Source: Methanothrix sp. (lineage in GTDB: Archaea > Halobacteriota > Methanosarcinia > Methanotrichales > Methanotrichaceae). From it: 64,000 nucleotides of DNA. Below the pieces are notes generated by a model. That model saw only the letters and a program-made list of their open reading frames with translations, was not told the origin of the DNA and searched no databases. Within the stretch, counting starts at the first letter, position 1. The number at the start of each line of letters is the position of its first letter. The stretch is from positions 2,144,001 through 2,208,000 of the forward strand of contig OY821645.1 of NCBI GenBank assembly GCA_963682135.1, given 5' to 3'. Shown here one piece after another: positions 48,899 through 60,469 of this stretch. Made by a program: the position numbers and the translations under genes.

Positions 48899-49447
48899 CT
48901 ACTCCAGTACCGATGTGCCGTCCGCCCTCTTGGGCAACCTTTCCAGGTCGAAGTGGACGCAAATCGTCTCTTTATCCGCGTCTATGGCTGCCACGCCAAT
49001 GTGAAAGATGTAGCGCATAGTTCTGCGTCCGTCCGGAATTTGCAGCTTATGTTCCCGGCGCAGCAGAATAGCACTGGCAGTCTGAAGAGAGGGACTGCTT
49101 TGCAGGAATAAAAGGCCGGGCAGGTTCAGGCGATGATGACTGGTAGTAGGATACTTCTCCCCAATTAATTCACCCAGCTCTTCGCGAAGGATGACAACCT
49201 GCATTTCGCCACTCTTCACAGCGATCTGCAGCTCGTCGGCATGTACCTGGTCGATGTGAGAATGAAGCGCATTGAGAATATAGCTATCCCCAAGTCCCCT
49301 ATTTTCCGGTGGCAACAACGCTTCCAGCTTCTTCATAAAGGGGCGCAAAAGAGGACTGGTACCTGCAAATAGAACACCAGGGAGGTTTCCTACCTCCGTT
49401 CGGGCCAGCTCATTTAGATCCTTCTCGCGGACCATTATGGATATCAT
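48899..49447 (-). CDS. Hypothetical protein
   Basis: 182-aa ORF with host-like composition and an upstream TATA-like sequence. Confidence 0.65.
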   Translation of the reverse strand: MISIMVREKDLNELARTEVGNLPGVLFAGTSPLLRPFMKKLEALLPPENRGLGDSYILNALHSHIDQVHADELQIAVKSGEMQVVILREELGELIGEKYPTTSHHRLNLPGLLFLQSSPSLQTASAILLRREHKLQIPDGRRTMRYIFHIGVAAIDADKETICVHFDLERLPKRADGTSVLE

Positions 49448-49898
49448 GATAATGCTATTTGCTATCTAGAATATATATATTGCAGGGTCGCCGAAATACC
49501 GATGGTTTGCTATTCTTAGGACATCAGGTAGCGGTGATATTCACAGCCATCTATTCCCGCAACAGGATAAATTTCTTAATAAATAATATTATTATTGAAT
49601 TTATGTTAATTCTTCCTAAATTAATTATTTAATCTAATTCTGATTTGAGATCGGTTAAGGCCCGGAAAGATCATCCCTTCAGTGCAACTCCATTAATGGG
49701 CATTTGGAAATTGCCACAAATATAAATTCTCAACCCAAGGCATTCAGGAGTTGATAGTCACCTAAATGTAAACGCTTCTTGCTTTTTAAGTTATTATCTA
49801 AAGTATTAGTCTAATTAAGTAAAATTAAAGATATTCCCTTTCAAAACAAATTATTTATATCATTAAGTATTTGTGACAAGAAAAATATGGTGACGATT

Positions 49899-50276
49899 AT
49901 GAAAGAGTCCACCGTAAAGATCCTGGATGATAAGGACATGGAATTTGTCGAAACGCTTCGATCCCTGAGCGTTCCGCGCAACGTTGCAACGCTCATAACC
50001 TTTCTGGCTAATGTGGATGAAGCCTCATCTCGCGAAATCGAGATGGGTTCCGACCTTCGCCAGCCGGAAGTAAGCATTGCCATGCGTACCCTGCGTGATA
50101 ACAACTGGATAGAAGAGAAAGAAATCAAGCGCGAAGGCAAAGGCAGACCAATGAAGGTCTATTCGCTAAAAGCAGGAATTGATTCAATCATCAAGCATTT
50201 TGAGGATGAAAAGCTGCACGAGTCTGCCCAGGCCATGGAGAGCATCCAGAGGCTGAAACAGCTAATTGCAACTTAG
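49899..50276 (+). CDS. Predicted wHTH transcriptional regulator (COG4738-like)
   Basis: SREIEMGSDLRQPEVSIAM, GKGRPMKVY. Confidence 0.85.
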   Translation: MKESTVKILDDKDMEFVETLRSLSVPRNVATLITFLANVDEASSREIEMGSDLRQPEVSIAMRTLRDNNWIEEKEIKREGKGRPMKVYSLKAGIDSIIKHFEDEKLHESAQAMESIQRLKQLIAT

Positions 50277-50308
50277 ATAAAGAAAATTGGGAGGGAAGTT
50301 AAGATATA

Positions 50309-50557
50309 TCACTGATGGGAGGGACTGGCTAGTACCTCCACCTCGATTTTTGCAGCGATATTGCGGCCAAGCGACATCTTCGAGCCGTTTACCTCAATTA
50401 CTATCGGCCCGCCAAAAGGCTGAGAGGCAATTTTGCGGATCTGCCTTCCTTTCCGTATGCCCATGGACTCAAACCTCTTCTCCCAACCGGCATCACTTAC
50501 TACCATGATCTCCAGGGCCTGATTGCAGGGTGCCTTGGTAAGCTCTATGTACCCCAT
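50309..50557 (-). CDS. feoA: FeoA-family protein
   Basis: RFESMGIRKG, PFGGPIVIEV, LGRNIAAKIEV. Confidence 0.85.
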   Translation of the reverse strand: MGYIELTKAPCNQALEIMVVSDAGWEKRFESMGIRKGRQIRKIASQPFGGPIVIEVNGSKMSLGRNIAAKIEVEVLASPSHQ

Positions 50558-50563
50558 TTCTAA

Positions 50564-51376
50564 TCAGATGCGCACGTTCACGCCCCTCTCTTTGAGATAG
50601 GCCTTGACGTTGCGGACATTCCACTCTCCGAAGTGAAAGATGCTCGCCGCCAGCGCAGCCGAAGCATCCGTTTTCTTGAAGACTTCCAGCATGTGCTCGG
50701 GGCTAGCGCAGCCTCCTGAGGCGATCACAGGCACGTTAACCTTTTTGGCCACGGCGTCTGTGAGGGGGATGTCGAAGCCATCATATGTTCCGTCCCGATC
50801 CATGCTGGTGAGAAGAATCTCTCCCGCCCCCAGAGATACCGCCTTGCTTGCCCAGGCGATGGCGTCGATACCTGTAAATTGCCTGCCTCCATAAAAGGAG
50901 CACTCAAACCAGCAAGGGCCTTGCTCGGTTTCTACAATAATCCTGCCTTCTTCCGGAGTATAGCGCCGCTTGGCATCTATGGCCAGTACGACAGCCTGAT
51001 TTCCATATAGATCGGATATCTCGCGGATCAGCTCCGGGCGTTTTAGTGCGGAGGTGTTCACAGTGATCTTGTCAGCCCCGGCATTGAATACCTCTCTTGC
51101 CTGCTCCACACTGCTTATGCCGCCGCCTACGGCTAAAGGTACAAAGACCGACCGCGAGGTCTCTCTAATGACCCCTGTCATGGTCTCCCGTCGCTCATGA
51201 GATGCAGTGATGTCCAAAAAGACAATCTCATCGGCACCGTCCTGATAATACTGGCCAGCCAGCTCCCAGGGGATGCCGGCATATCTTATCTGCTTGAACT
51301 CAATGCCCTTGACAACTCGACCCCCCGGCACACCCAGATCGCAGTCCAAACAGGGAATGATCCTTCTCGCTAGCAT
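50564..51376 (-). CDS. hisF: Imidazole glycerol phosphate synthase cyclase subunit
   Basis: [31 protein letters not shown]. Confidence 0.96.
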   Translation of the reverse strand: MLARRIIPCLDCDLGVPGGRVVKGIEFKQIRYAGIPWELAGQYYQDGADEIVFLDITASHERRETMTGVIRETSRSVFVPLAVGGGISSVEQAREVFNAGADKITVNTSALKRPELIREISDLYGNQAVVLAIDAKRRYTPEEGRIIVETEQGPCWFECSFYGGRQFTGIDAIAWASKAVSLGAGEILLTSMDRDGTYDGFDIPLTDAVAKKVNVPVIASGGCASPEHMLEVFKKTDASAALAASIFHFGEWNVRNVKAYLKERGVNVRI

Positions 51377-51975
51377 CTTATTGACCTCACAAAGTTCTCC
51401 AGAATTCTCAGACCCTTGGCACCCGATTTCTCGGGGTGAAACTGGGTGGCAAAGAGGTTATCTTTGCTCACAGCGGCCGTAACTTCCGTACCATACTCCG
51501 TGGTGGCGGCAATCACGGACCTGTCCTTCGGCAGGCCATAGTAGGAATGCACAAAATAGAACATATCTCCATCAGAGATTCCATCCAGCATCTCCACAGG
51601 ACGTTTGATGGAGAGGTCGTTCCAGCCCATCTGGGGAACCATCACACCTTCTGGCAGGTGCACTACCTTGCCATCTATCCAGCCCAGGCCCTTAGCGCCG
51701 GGGCTCTCTTCGCTCTCCTCGAAGAGCACTTGCATGCCGACGCAAATGCCAAGCATAGGCATTCCTTGCCGGAAGCTATGCAAAAGCGAACTCTCAAATC
51801 GTGAGAGCTGACTCATGCAGCTTCCGAAGGCCCCCACTCCCGGAACTACTATACCGTCTGCATCTTCCAGGTCATCAGGATCGCGAACGATTTTGGGATG
51901 TCCTCCCACATAGTCCAGAGCGTTGTAGATGCTGAAAAGGTTTCCCATACCGTAATCTACTATGACAATTGTCAT
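51370..51975 (-). CDS. hisH: Imidazole glycerol phosphate synthase glutaminase subunit
   Basis: DYGMGNL, PGVGAF, GICVGMQ, QFHPEKS. Confidence 0.96.
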   Translation of the reverse strand: MTIVIVDYGMGNLFSIYNALDYVGGHPKIVRDPDDLEDADGIVVPGVGAFGSCMSQLSRFESSLLHSFRQGMPMLGICVGMQVLFEESEESPGAKGLGWIDGKVVHLPEGVMVPQMGWNDLSIKRPVEMLDGISDGDMFYFVHSYYGLPKDRSVIAATTEYGTEVTAAVSKDNLFATQFHPEKSGAKGLRILENFVRSIRC

Positions 51976-52072
51976 CTTTGTTATCCTTCTTTCACCAGCT
52001 ATGATGCAATGACTGGAGATCAACTATATTGCTTTTGGGGAGGCCGCCTGAAAAGCTTTTCCTTATGCGGAT

Positions 52073-52150
52073 TTCATAAAAGTTATGAATCTTTCATAAA
52101 AATCTATTTATATTCGGATTGAATAATGAGCATTATGATAAGATCATAAT
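52073..52150. promoter_or_regulatory. Palindromic operator-like sites between hisH and glutamate synthase
   Basis: TTCATAA-aag-TTATGAA (52073-52089) and ATTATGAT-aag-ATCATAAT (52132-52150). Confidence 0.55.
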
Positions 52151-52308
52151 AGTTAAGAAAACTGCATTTCATATGGTAAAAAGAATGAATTGGGCAAAAT
52201 GAAGCCTCATAATGGTATACTTAGCTAACAGTATGTTTCTTTTTGTGCCAAATCATCAAATCGCAAATTGTTAATATTACAAATGTGAAAATATAAAAGG
52301 TGGCACTG

Positions 52309-53916
52309 ATGAATCTGAGAAGGCCGAACGCCAATGAAGCAACGGGGACATTCAATCGTTCTAGAGATGTCGTCCCCATGTCTGGAATTTGTACTAGATG
52401 TATTGATGGATGCAAAGGTGGTTGCGAGACCTGGCTTGCTTCCTTCCGAGGAAGAGAGGTGCTCTACCCGGGCCCATTTGGAGAGATGACGGCAGGAGCC
52501 GATAAGAACTACCCACTTGACTATTCTCATCTCAACATTCAGGGTTATGCGGTTGGCGCACACGGTCTGCCGGAGGGAGTCGAACCGGGACCGGACACAT
52601 CGATCTTTCCTAATGTGGATGTCACTACAGAATACGGCTGGTCAAAGAAGGTGAGGATGAAGCTGCCCATCTTTACAGGCGCTCTGGGGTCCACAGAAAT
52701 TGCCAGGAAAAACTGGGAGCATTTTGCAGTAGGTGCCGCCATATCAGGCATTACACTCGTCTGCGGCGAGAACGTCTGCGGAGTAGACCCAGAGCTGGTT
52801 TTGGATGGAAAAGGCAAGGTGGCGAAGTCTCCCGAGATGGATCGCAGGATTGAGACTTACAAGAAATTCCATGAGGGCTTCGGCGAAATACTTGTCCAGA
52901 TGAACGTGGAAGACACTCGCCTGGGTGTTGCCGAATATGTCTCAAGCCGGCACAATCTGGAAACCATTGAGCTGAAGTGGGGCCAGGGTGCCAAATGTAT
53001 TGGCGGCGAGATAAAGGTGGGCACCCTGGAGAGAGCACAAGAGCTAAAGAACAGGGGCTATGTGGTGCAGCCGGATCCCGGCAATCTGGAAGTACAGATG
53101 GCCTACAAAACAGGAGCCATAAAAGAGTTCGAGAGACATTCTCGACTGGGATTTGTATCCAGGGACGGATTCTTCGAGGAGGTGAGCAGGTTGCGGGATT
53201 TAGGCTTCAAGCGCATCACCCTCAAGACAGGAGCTTACAGCATGGCCGAGTTGGCCATGGCCATACGCTACGGTGCTGAGGCCAAGATCGATCTGCTAAC
53301 CATCGACGGCGCTCCAGGAGGGACCGGCATGAGTCCCTGGCCCATGATGAACGAATGGGGCATTCCCACCTTCTACCTGCAGTCTCTGGCCTATGAGTTC
53401 TGCAGCAAGCTCTCTCGAAGAGGCATGAAGATACCGGATATTGCCATGGCCGGAGGATTTTCCTCAGAGGACGGGGTATTCAAGGCCATTGCTATGGGAG
53501 CACCCTTTGTCAAAGCGGTCTGTATGGGCAGAGCCCTCATGATCCCGGGAATGGTAGGAAAGAATATCGGTAGCTGGTTGGAGAAGGGCGATCTGCCCAA
53601 GAGCGTCTCAAAGTACGGCAGCCAGGCAGAAGAGATCTTTGTCTCCTTAGAAGATCTCAAGAGCAAATATGGCCAGGAAATTAAGCAGATTCCATGGGGC
53701 GCTATCGGTCTGTATACCTATTGTCAGAAGTTCAAGACGGGAATACAGCAACTAATGGCAGGATCTCGCAACTTCAAATTGAGCACAATTTCCAGAAAGG
53801 ATCTCATGGCCCTCTCAGAAGAGGCTGCTTACGTATCAGGCATACCCTACGTCATGGATGCCTACCGCGATGAAGCGGAAGAGATTCTGGACGCCTGGAT
53901 CACAATAAGCGAGTAG
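52309..53916 (+). CDS. FMN-binding glutamate synthase family protein (stand-alone GltB FMN domain)
   Basis: ELKWGQGAKCIGGE, TLKTG, DGAPGGTG, MAGG..KAIAMGA; N-terminal CTRCIDGC..C. Confidence 0.88.
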   Translation: MNLRRPNANEATGTFNRSRDVVPMSGICTRCIDGCKGGCETWLASFRGREVLYPGPFGEMTAGADKNYPLDYSHLNIQGYAVGAHGLPEGVEPGPDTSIFPNVDVTTEYGWSKKVRMKLPIFTGALGSTEIARKNWEHFAVGAAISGITLVCGENVCGVDPELVLDGKGKVAKSPEMDRRIETYKKFHEGFGEILVQMNVEDTRLGVAEYVSSRHNLETIELKWGQGAKCIGGEIKVGTLERAQELKNRGYVVQPDPGNLEVQMAYKTGAIKEFERHSRLGFVSRDGFFEEVSRLRDLGFKRITLKTGAYSMAELAMAIRYGAEAKIDLLTIDGAPGGTGMSPWPMMNEWGIPTFYLQSLAYEFCSKLSRRGMKIPDIAMAGGFSSEDGVFKAIAMGAPFVKAVCMGRALMIPGMVGKNIGSWLEKGDLPKSVSKYGSQAEEIFVSLEDLKSKYGQEIKQIPWGAIGLYTYCQKFKTGIQQLMAGSRNFKLSTISRKDLMALSEEAAYVSGIPYVMDAYRDEAEEILDAWITISE

Positions 53917-53942
53917 CGGCGTCAACAGGAGTAGTCAATCGG

Positions 53943-53980
53943 GCATGGCAATGGAGTTAGTGCCATGCAGCATTTTTTTT
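53943..53980 (+). terminator. Hairpin plus T8 terminator
   Basis: gcatggca...tgccatgc followed by tttttttt. Confidence 0.6.
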
Positions 53981-54317
53981 GGTCGCACAATTCTATTCAG
54001 ATTTTTACCTTTGCGAAGCTGCCTTTCAAGAATTATCCCCGAAGACTATGCAGCATAAAGTTATTCATTAAGTTTTTTTATGAACTTTTATGAATTCGCA
54101 CTCTGAGGACAATATTTAAATTCAATGAAGTTATAGGGAGTATATGGCTCTCAGTAAATTTATCGATCGTAAAAGTTTAAATATGCCGACACTGCATTTC
54201 CGGCCCTCTTTGTCATTTATAAATTTAACTCAGAATTGTTATATAGCTAAGGGTGGACCATTGCCACCACCAGTCAAACATAAAGATTTGGGTAGATGCT
54301 AAACGGAGATGCAAAGA

Positions 54318-55565
54318 ATGTCCAAACCGAATCCATTTGAGATATCCCAGAAACAACTTGCTGATTGTGCTAAGATTCTGAACCTGGATGCAGGAGTGCA
54401 TGAGTTTCTCAAGCACCCCATGCGAGAATTCCATGTATCTATCCCGGTACGCATGGACAACGGAAGCATGAAGATCTTTCAGGGTTTTAGAGTTCAATAT
54501 AACGATGCTCTGGGCCCTTGCAAGGGCGGCATTCGATTCCACCCAGAAGAGACGGTAGATACAGTACGAGCCCTCTCTGCCTGGATGACCTGGAAGACTT
54601 CTCTTCTCGGCCTGCCCTTGGGAGGAGGCAAAGGTGGTGTCATCTGCAACCCCAAGGAATTGTCCATGGGCGAACAGGAGCGCCTCTGCCGAGGATACAT
54701 AGACGCGCTCTGGCAGAACATTGGCCCTGAAAAGGACGTTCCCGCACCCGACGTATACACCACGCCCCAGATGATGGCCTGGATGATGGATCAGTACTCC
54801 AAATACGTCGGATCAAACTCTTTTGGATTCATCACCGGCAAGCCGTTGTGCATAGGCGGCTCCTGCGGCAGAGGCGATGCCACTGCCCGAGGCGGCATGT
54901 ATGCTCTGCGAGAAGCAGCCAAGGAATTAAACATTGACCTGGCAAAGGCCACTGTAGCTATCCAGGGCTACGGCAACGCCGGCAGCTATGCTCACAGCTT
55001 GGCCAAGGAGCTCTTTGGAAGCAAGGTAGTTGCCGTCAGCGACTCCAAGGGCGGAGTATTCAATGCAGCCGGCATCGATGCCGATGAGGCGGCCCGCGTC
55101 AAGGCCCAGACCACAACCGTGGCCAATATTCCCAATTCCAAGAAGATCAGCAATGAAGAGCTTTTAGAGCTGGACGTGGACATTCTCTTCGCTGCCGCTT
55201 TGGAGAACGTCATAACCAAAGATAACGCAGGAAAGATCAAGGCCAAGGTCATTGTGGAGCTGGCCAATGGCCCCACCACACCGGAAGCTGACACCATACT
55301 CTTCCAAAACAAGGTACATGTCATTCCCGACTTCCTGGCCAATGCAGGTGGCGTAACAGTCTCCTATTTCGAGATGGTGCAAAATATCATGCGCTACTGC
55401 TGGTCCTTCGATGAGGTCTATCAGAAGCTCGATGAAAGGATGACCATGGCCTACCAGGGCGTCCTTGCAGCCTCCAAGAAGTACAATATTAACATGCGCC
55501 AGGCAGCCTATACCGTAGCAGTGTCAAGGGTTGTCGAAGCCATGAAAATACGCGGCTGGGTGTAA
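54318..55565 (+). CDS. gdhA: Glutamate dehydrogenase
   Basis: GPCKGGIRFHP, GGGKGG, DVPAPD, QGYGNAG, ELANGP, ANAGGVTVSY. Confidence 0.96.
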   Translation: MSKPNPFEISQKQLADCAKILNLDAGVHEFLKHPMREFHVSIPVRMDNGSMKIFQGFRVQYNDALGPCKGGIRFHPEETVDTVRALSAWMTWKTSLLGLPLGGGKGGVICNPKELSMGEQERLCRGYIDALWQNIGPEKDVPAPDVYTTPQMMAWMMDQYSKYVGSNSFGFITGKPLCIGGSCGRGDATARGGMYALREAAKELNIDLAKATVAIQGYGNAGSYAHSLAKELFGSKVVAVSDSKGGVFNAAGIDADEAARVKAQTTTVANIPNSKKISNEELLELDVDILFAAALENVITKDNAGKIKAKVIVELANGPTTPEADTILFQNKVHVIPDFLANAGGVTVSYFEMVQNIMRYCWSFDEVYQKLDERMTMAYQGVLAASKKYNINMRQAAYTVAVSRVVEAMKIRGWV

Positions 55566-57146
55566 AGAAAGCGAGACCTAGATCACAATTAGTTCAAAAC
55601 CACCAGCAGAGGTTCTTTGCGTCCCACCAGGGCGGCAAACCATAATAGGGGTGCAAAGACTTCTTATTTTTCTATGAGTATTATAGTAATAACCATTATA
55701 TATAATTGTCTGCAAAATAAATTAAATTTTTAGAATGGCCTCAAACTCGCACCTTCTCCTGCATCTCTTCCACTGCATCTAATGGCCGATGTGCTGCCAC
55801 ATTGGCGCTTTCCGGGCACAGATACATCTCATATGGCCTCCAGAGCGGCTCTTTGCAGGTCATTCTCTCTTCCACCCCTTCTTCAGGGAGGATCTGATCC
55901 CAGGGCTTCATGCACAGTGCGGCTGCGCCTGTCCTCGTCGCAACCTTTGCGGCCGGCATATACCTCTCCCAGGTTGTCCAGTTTCTAGCTCTCATTCACC
56001 TGTCACCGTATTCTATCTTCGTTCGATCCTATTTAACCATTTTTAAGAATCTTTCATAATTATTCATATCATATCGCGTATGAAAATCTTTTAGATTAAT
56101 AACATAAAACGTGTAGTTCCCTGTTGAATGGTGACCTGAAACGGCATGCCATGACCTTTCGGCAAGATCCGCATCTGTAACATCGATTATAGCATGCTTG
56201 CATCTAGTCAGTTCAATTAACATGGATTGGCTTCGCCTTCATCGCCCTGGCCTTCCGGCGGGCTTGTGCGGAATCCATCTTCCCGGCACCCCTCAGGTGC
56301 ACATTGCGCGTCCTGCCGCCCTCGCGCCAGGAGGCCATCGAGAAATTTGCCTAGTATGCGATGAGCAGCAAATTGCCTGTGCCTTTACCAGTTTTACAGC
56401 GGGAGAAATTTACAAAGGCTACAGCGCAAGGCATGATTCTGTGTACCTGTATTTTGAGAAGAAAAACATCATCAAGCTTGCCGAAATGTCTGATGTGCCG
56501 ACCCACGGAGAAATCGCTGTGCGAATGTATACTCCGGATCGTGATGTGTTCAATGATCACAGGACATTCTCGGTCGAGGGCATTTAGCTTGCCTCACAGT
56601 CAAAGGTCCTGCTTGATTGTGCTGGCCAGGGATATGCTGGCCGCGACCTCACAAAAAAACTGGTGGAAATCTATGGCCAATTATAAGCCGATTAAAAAGC
56701 ACCAAAAAAACGATGCAGAAACCTAAACCCGATTAGAGACATCAAAGAATGTATGGGAGAGCCTTCAAGATTTATCGAACCTGCATGATTTGAGGCCTCT
56801 CGGAGGCTCATATATATTAAAAGCATTTTTAAATATTTAAATTTAATTAAATCTGCATTGCCCCATTATTGAGGAAGGATATGGATCAAAGAATAACCAT
56901 TTACATGGTGAACTGCGCGCCGGAGGTTTTGAGTATGCATGATGCCGCTGCAATGCTGTAGGCCCCGTTCGCCGTCAGCGCCCACTGGGACGTGGGCCAT
57001 GCCCTGGTGTGCGAGCTGCTGATCGATAAAGGTTGAATCGCGGCCCTGGCCTCGCTAAATCGCGATGATATCATTATCCATATCAACCACGAAACTGGAA
57101 GCCCGAAAGAATAGTATAAATATTTAGAGTGGAATATAACACTACT

Positions 57147-57569
57147 ATGAGTGAAGCCCTGGACGGAATCAAAAATCAAGCCGGACCCTGTGGCATTGTC
57201 TGCAGTTCATGTCCCCTGGGAAGCGGAGCAGTTGCCGAGAGCGCAGGCAGAACGAAAAAGAACATTGCGGACTACAAGATTGCCATGTGGTCTCCATTTG
57301 TAGCGGGCGGAGAGGTCATCGACTGGGCTGCCGTGGATAGGGGCCTGGACTGGATGGAAAAGTACGCCGTTTGTGCCGGATGCGGGAATGGCGGTGGCCC
57401 GCCCGATTGTACTATCAGGATCTGTGCCCGGGATAGAGGGTACGAGCTATGCAGTTCCTGCCCGGATCTGGACTCCTGCACCAAGTTCGAATGGCTGGAG
57501 GGACACGGATCACAACTCAAAGAGAAGCTGAAGGAGAATAGCGGCTCATCCAAAGGGAATATATCATGA
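57147..57569 (+). CDS. DUF3795-like Cys-rich protein
   Basis: GPCGIVCSSCP, CAGC, CTIRICA...CSSC...C. Confidence 0.8.
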   Translation: MSEALDGIKNQAGPCGIVCSSCPLGSGAVAESAGRTKKNIADYKIAMWSPFVAGGEVIDWAAVDRGLDWMEKYAVCAGCGNGGGPPDCTIRICARDRGYELCSSCPDLDSCTKFEWLEGHGSQLKEKLKENSGSSKGNIS

Positions 57570-57624
57570 AAATGATGAACCAGATGCCCTGGGAGGCTTG
57601 AAGGCATTTTAAGCGCGATCGTTT

Positions 57625-58062
57625 TTATTGTCGGTCGCGTCCGGAGTAGACTGACGCCATAAAGAAGACCAGCCCCCCAATCGCCAGCAGCCCGATAAAG
57701 ATAGGTGCATATGGATATTTGTTTTTCGAAGCTGATGAGTCGGTCTGGTTGGACGATAATTGCGATTTCTCCTCCGGCACAGTCACCTCTTTTTCTATCG
57801 GCAGGGACATATTTTCCGGAATGGCGGATGCGCCTACTACTATCGTATCGAGCGGGACCTGCTCTTCCCTGTATTCCCCAGGCTTTGCATATTCATATCT
57901 TATATTTTCGTCCACCCGTTCCTTGCTGATGAAGTGTATGCCGTCCCTGGTGTACGCCGTCTTTGTCTCCTGAGCGGAGCCTGCAGTTGCCATCAAGGTG
58001 AAAAGAACAAATAGGCTGATGAAAAGGACGAAAACTGCTCTATATTTATGATGCTTGCTCAT
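57625..58062 (-). CDS. Membrane-anchored hypothetical protein
   Basis: N-terminal signal peptide and C-terminal TM. Confidence 0.65.
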   Translation of the reverse strand: MSKHHKYRAVFVLFISLFVLFTLMATAGSAQETKTAYTRDGIHFISKERVDENIRYEYAKPGEYREEQVPLDTIVVGASAIPENMSLPIEKEVTVPEEKSQLSSNQTDSSASKNKYPYAPIFIGLLAIGGLVFFMASVYSGRDRQ

Positions 58063-58121
58063 GGTAGAACACCTAGAAAAGGATTGATCGGGCCCCATTT
58101 TCGGGCCCTTTTCCTAAATAT

Positions 58122-59339
58122 TCAAATGTACTGTTGCACCAGCCCCTCGGGCTCACTCACATGGTTTCTCTCTTTGTGCAGTATCTTTATCGCTGCGCCC
58201 TCAAAGTCGCTCTGGTATATTATTGTCCTCTCTTCGCGAATGGCATACATGCCTGCCTCAGTGGACAGCGATTTTAAATCCGCACCACTCGAGCCCTCCG
58301 CCATATCAGAGATCAGCTTGAGGTTCACATCTTCATCCAAATTCATTCCTGAGGTATGGATCTTCAAAATGGCCTCACGTGCCTCCCGGCTGGGCATGGG
58401 TATCTCGATAATACGGTCGAACCGACCCGGTCGCAGCAAGGCCGGATCTAGCATGTCCAGGCGATTGGTGGCGGCAACGAGCTTGACCTCGCCTCGCGCA
58501 TCAAATCCGTCCATCTCCGCCAGGATCTGCATGAGTGTTCTCTGCACCTCACGGTCTCCGCTGGTGGCCCCATCCATGCGCCGCGCACCGATAGCATCCA
58601 GTTCATCTATGAAGATGATGGCAGGAGACTTGCTCTTGGCCAGCTCGAAGAGCTCACGCACCAGGCGCGCGCCTTCTCCGATGTACTTTTGCACGAACTC
58701 AGAGCCTACCACACGAAGAAATGTGGCATCGGTACTCTGGGCAACCGCCTTGGCTAAAATGGTCTTGCCGGTTCCCGGAGGCCCATGCAATAAGACGCCC
58801 TTGGGCGGCTCGATGCCTACAGCCGTGAAAAGGTCCGGACGCTTGAGGGGCAGCTCCACAATCTCTCTGATCTCGGAGATCTGAGTATCCAGGCCACCGA
58901 TTTGCGAGAACCGCACATCCGGAGCTTCCTCAATCTCCATGCCAAAGACCGCCGGGTCACGGGGGGAGGGCAGCACGCACATCACAGCAAAAGACTGCTG
59001 ATTCAAGCCGACCTGCGCGCCGGTCTTGATCTCCTCCTCGATGAACTGGGAGAGGCTGACCACGAACCTGGGGCCGGTGCTGCTCTTGACGATGACCCGG
59101 TTCTCGTCCAGGACATCTACAATAGTACCCACGATCATGGGACCTACGCGCAGACGCTCCAGCTCGCTTCTCAATTTGCGGGCTTCTCGCTCGAACTTGA
59201 GCTTCTGGTTCTCAATCAGCCGCTTTTCGCCTTCTACGCGGTCCTTCTGCTCTCGCAGCGCCAGATTGCGCTCTTCAAGCTGGCGCATGCGGTCCAGGAT
59301 GTAGCGCGAAAAGTCCGCGCCGGCCTGTGACTCATTCAT
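58122..59339 (-). CDS. pan: Proteasome-activating nucleotidase
   Basis: Coiled coil, OB domain, [29 protein letters not shown]-terminal HbYX (QYI). Confidence 0.96.
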   Translation of the reverse strand: MNESQAGADFSRYILDRMRQLEERNLALREQKDRVEGEKRLIENQKLKFEREARKLRSELERLRVGPMIVGTIVDVLDENRVIVKSSTGPRFVVSLSQFIEEEIKTGAQVGLNQQSFAVMCVLPSPRDPAVFGMEIEEAPDVRFSQIGGLDTQISEIREIVELPLKRPDLFTAVGIEPPKGVLLHGPPGTGKTILAKAVAQSTDATFLRVVGSEFVQKYIGEGARLVRELFELAKSKSPAIIFIDELDAIGARRMDGATSGDREVQRTLMQILAEMDGFDARGEVKLVAATNRLDMLDPALLRPGRFDRIIEIPMPSREAREAILKIHTSGMNLDEDVNLKLISDMAEGSSGADLKSLSTEAGMYAIREERTIIYQSDFEGAAIKILHKERNHVSEPEGLVQQYI

Positions 59340-59402
59340 GCCTTCTCCACTATCCATAATTACAAAGATTATTAAACTCCGACCCCTATAAAGGTTTCCG
59401 AA

Positions 59403-59900
59403 ATGACAGAGAAGCAATGCGAGATTTGCGGCGCAGAGATCTCGGGAGCACCCCAAAAGATCGTGATCGACCGCTCAACGATGGAGGTATGTAAGAGCTG
59501 TGCGCGCTTTGGAAAACCGGAAGACAAATGGTCTTTGGTTCCCAAGAAGATGGTTCCTGCGGAGAGGGCCTTCACCGTAAGTCGGCCCAAACCACGCGAC
59601 CATTTCAAGGACTTGGCAGAGCTGGTCCCGGATTTCGGGCGCAAGATAAGGGAGGCACGGGAGGGACTGGGCCTCTCTCCAGAAGAGCTGGGAGGGCGTA
59701 TCAAAGAGAAGGCTACTCTATTAAAGAAGATCGAGCGAGAGGAGATCTCTCCAGAGGATGGAATTAGGAAAAAGCTCGAGAAGGAGCTGAAGATCCAACT
59801 ATCAGATCAAGCGAGCGAGACTCGTGTCAAGTCCGGCAGCTCCGGCCGTGGATTGACTTTAGGTGATATTGCCAGCATCAAACGGAAAACTGAGAAATGA
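59403..59900 (+). CDS. mbf1: Archaeal multiprotein bridging factor 1
   Basis: CEICG...VCKSCARFG Zn ribbon, HTH, LTLGD. Confidence 0.93.
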   Translation: MTEKQCEICGAEISGAPQKIVIDRSTMEVCKSCARFGKPEDKWSLVPKKMVPAERAFTVSRPKPRDHFKDLAELVPDFGRKIREAREGLGLSPEELGGRIKEKATLLKKIEREEISPEDGIRKKLEKELKIQLSDQASETRVKSGSSGRGLTLGDIASIKRKTEK

Positions 59901-60469
59901 TCGCCAGTGCAGCTCGCTATGTAATTGGTGGCGGTGTCATAGTATACCCTACCGAGACCGTTTACGGCCTGGGCGCCAATGCTCTTGATGAGCAAGCGGT
60001 GATGAGGGTTTTTCAGATTAAGAAAAGGCCCCTCTCCAAGCCCATCTTCTTGGCGGTATCCAACTTTGACATGCTGATGAACGTTGCAGAGGTGAGCCGA
60101 GATGATCTGGACCTTCTCGAGCAGCTCTTGCCTGGGCCGGTTTCCGTTCTGGTCAAGAAAAAGCCTATAGTGCCGGATATACTCACCGCCGGCTCGCCAA
60201 TGCTGGGCATCAGATACCCGGATCATGAGACCGCTTTAAGGATCATCGATCTGGCCGGACCCATCACATCCACCAGCGCCAACCGTACAGGCGCCCTGCC
60301 ACCCACGAGCGCAGCCTCCGTCTCCCCGGATATCCGAGATCGAGTGGACAGCGTTGTGGACGGAGGAAAATGCAAATACGGGCAACCCTCAACTCTGCTG
60401 GATCTGCAGAAACGAGAGATCATTCGGCCTGGCGCGGGACTCGATAAGGTAATGAAGGCGATATCGTGA
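59897..60469 (+). CDS. sua5: L-threonylcarbamoyladenylate synthase (TsaC/Sua5 YrdC domain)
   Basis: YPTETVYGL, KKRP..KP, TSTSAN. Confidence 0.93.
   Translation: MIASAARYVIGGGVIVYPTETVYGLGANALDEQAVMRVFQIKKRPLSKPIFLAVSNFDMLMNVAEVSRDDLDLLEQLLPGPVSVLVKKKPIVPDILTAGSPMLGIRYPDHETALRIIDLAGPITSTSANRTGALPPTSAASVSPDIRDRVDSVVDGGKCKYGQPSTLLDLQKREIIRPGAGLDKVMKAIS

Noticed and set aside
49500-49890. AT-rich tract as a replication origin
   Set aside because: No ORB-like repeats and no adjacent orc1/cdc6; more simply a divergent promoter region.
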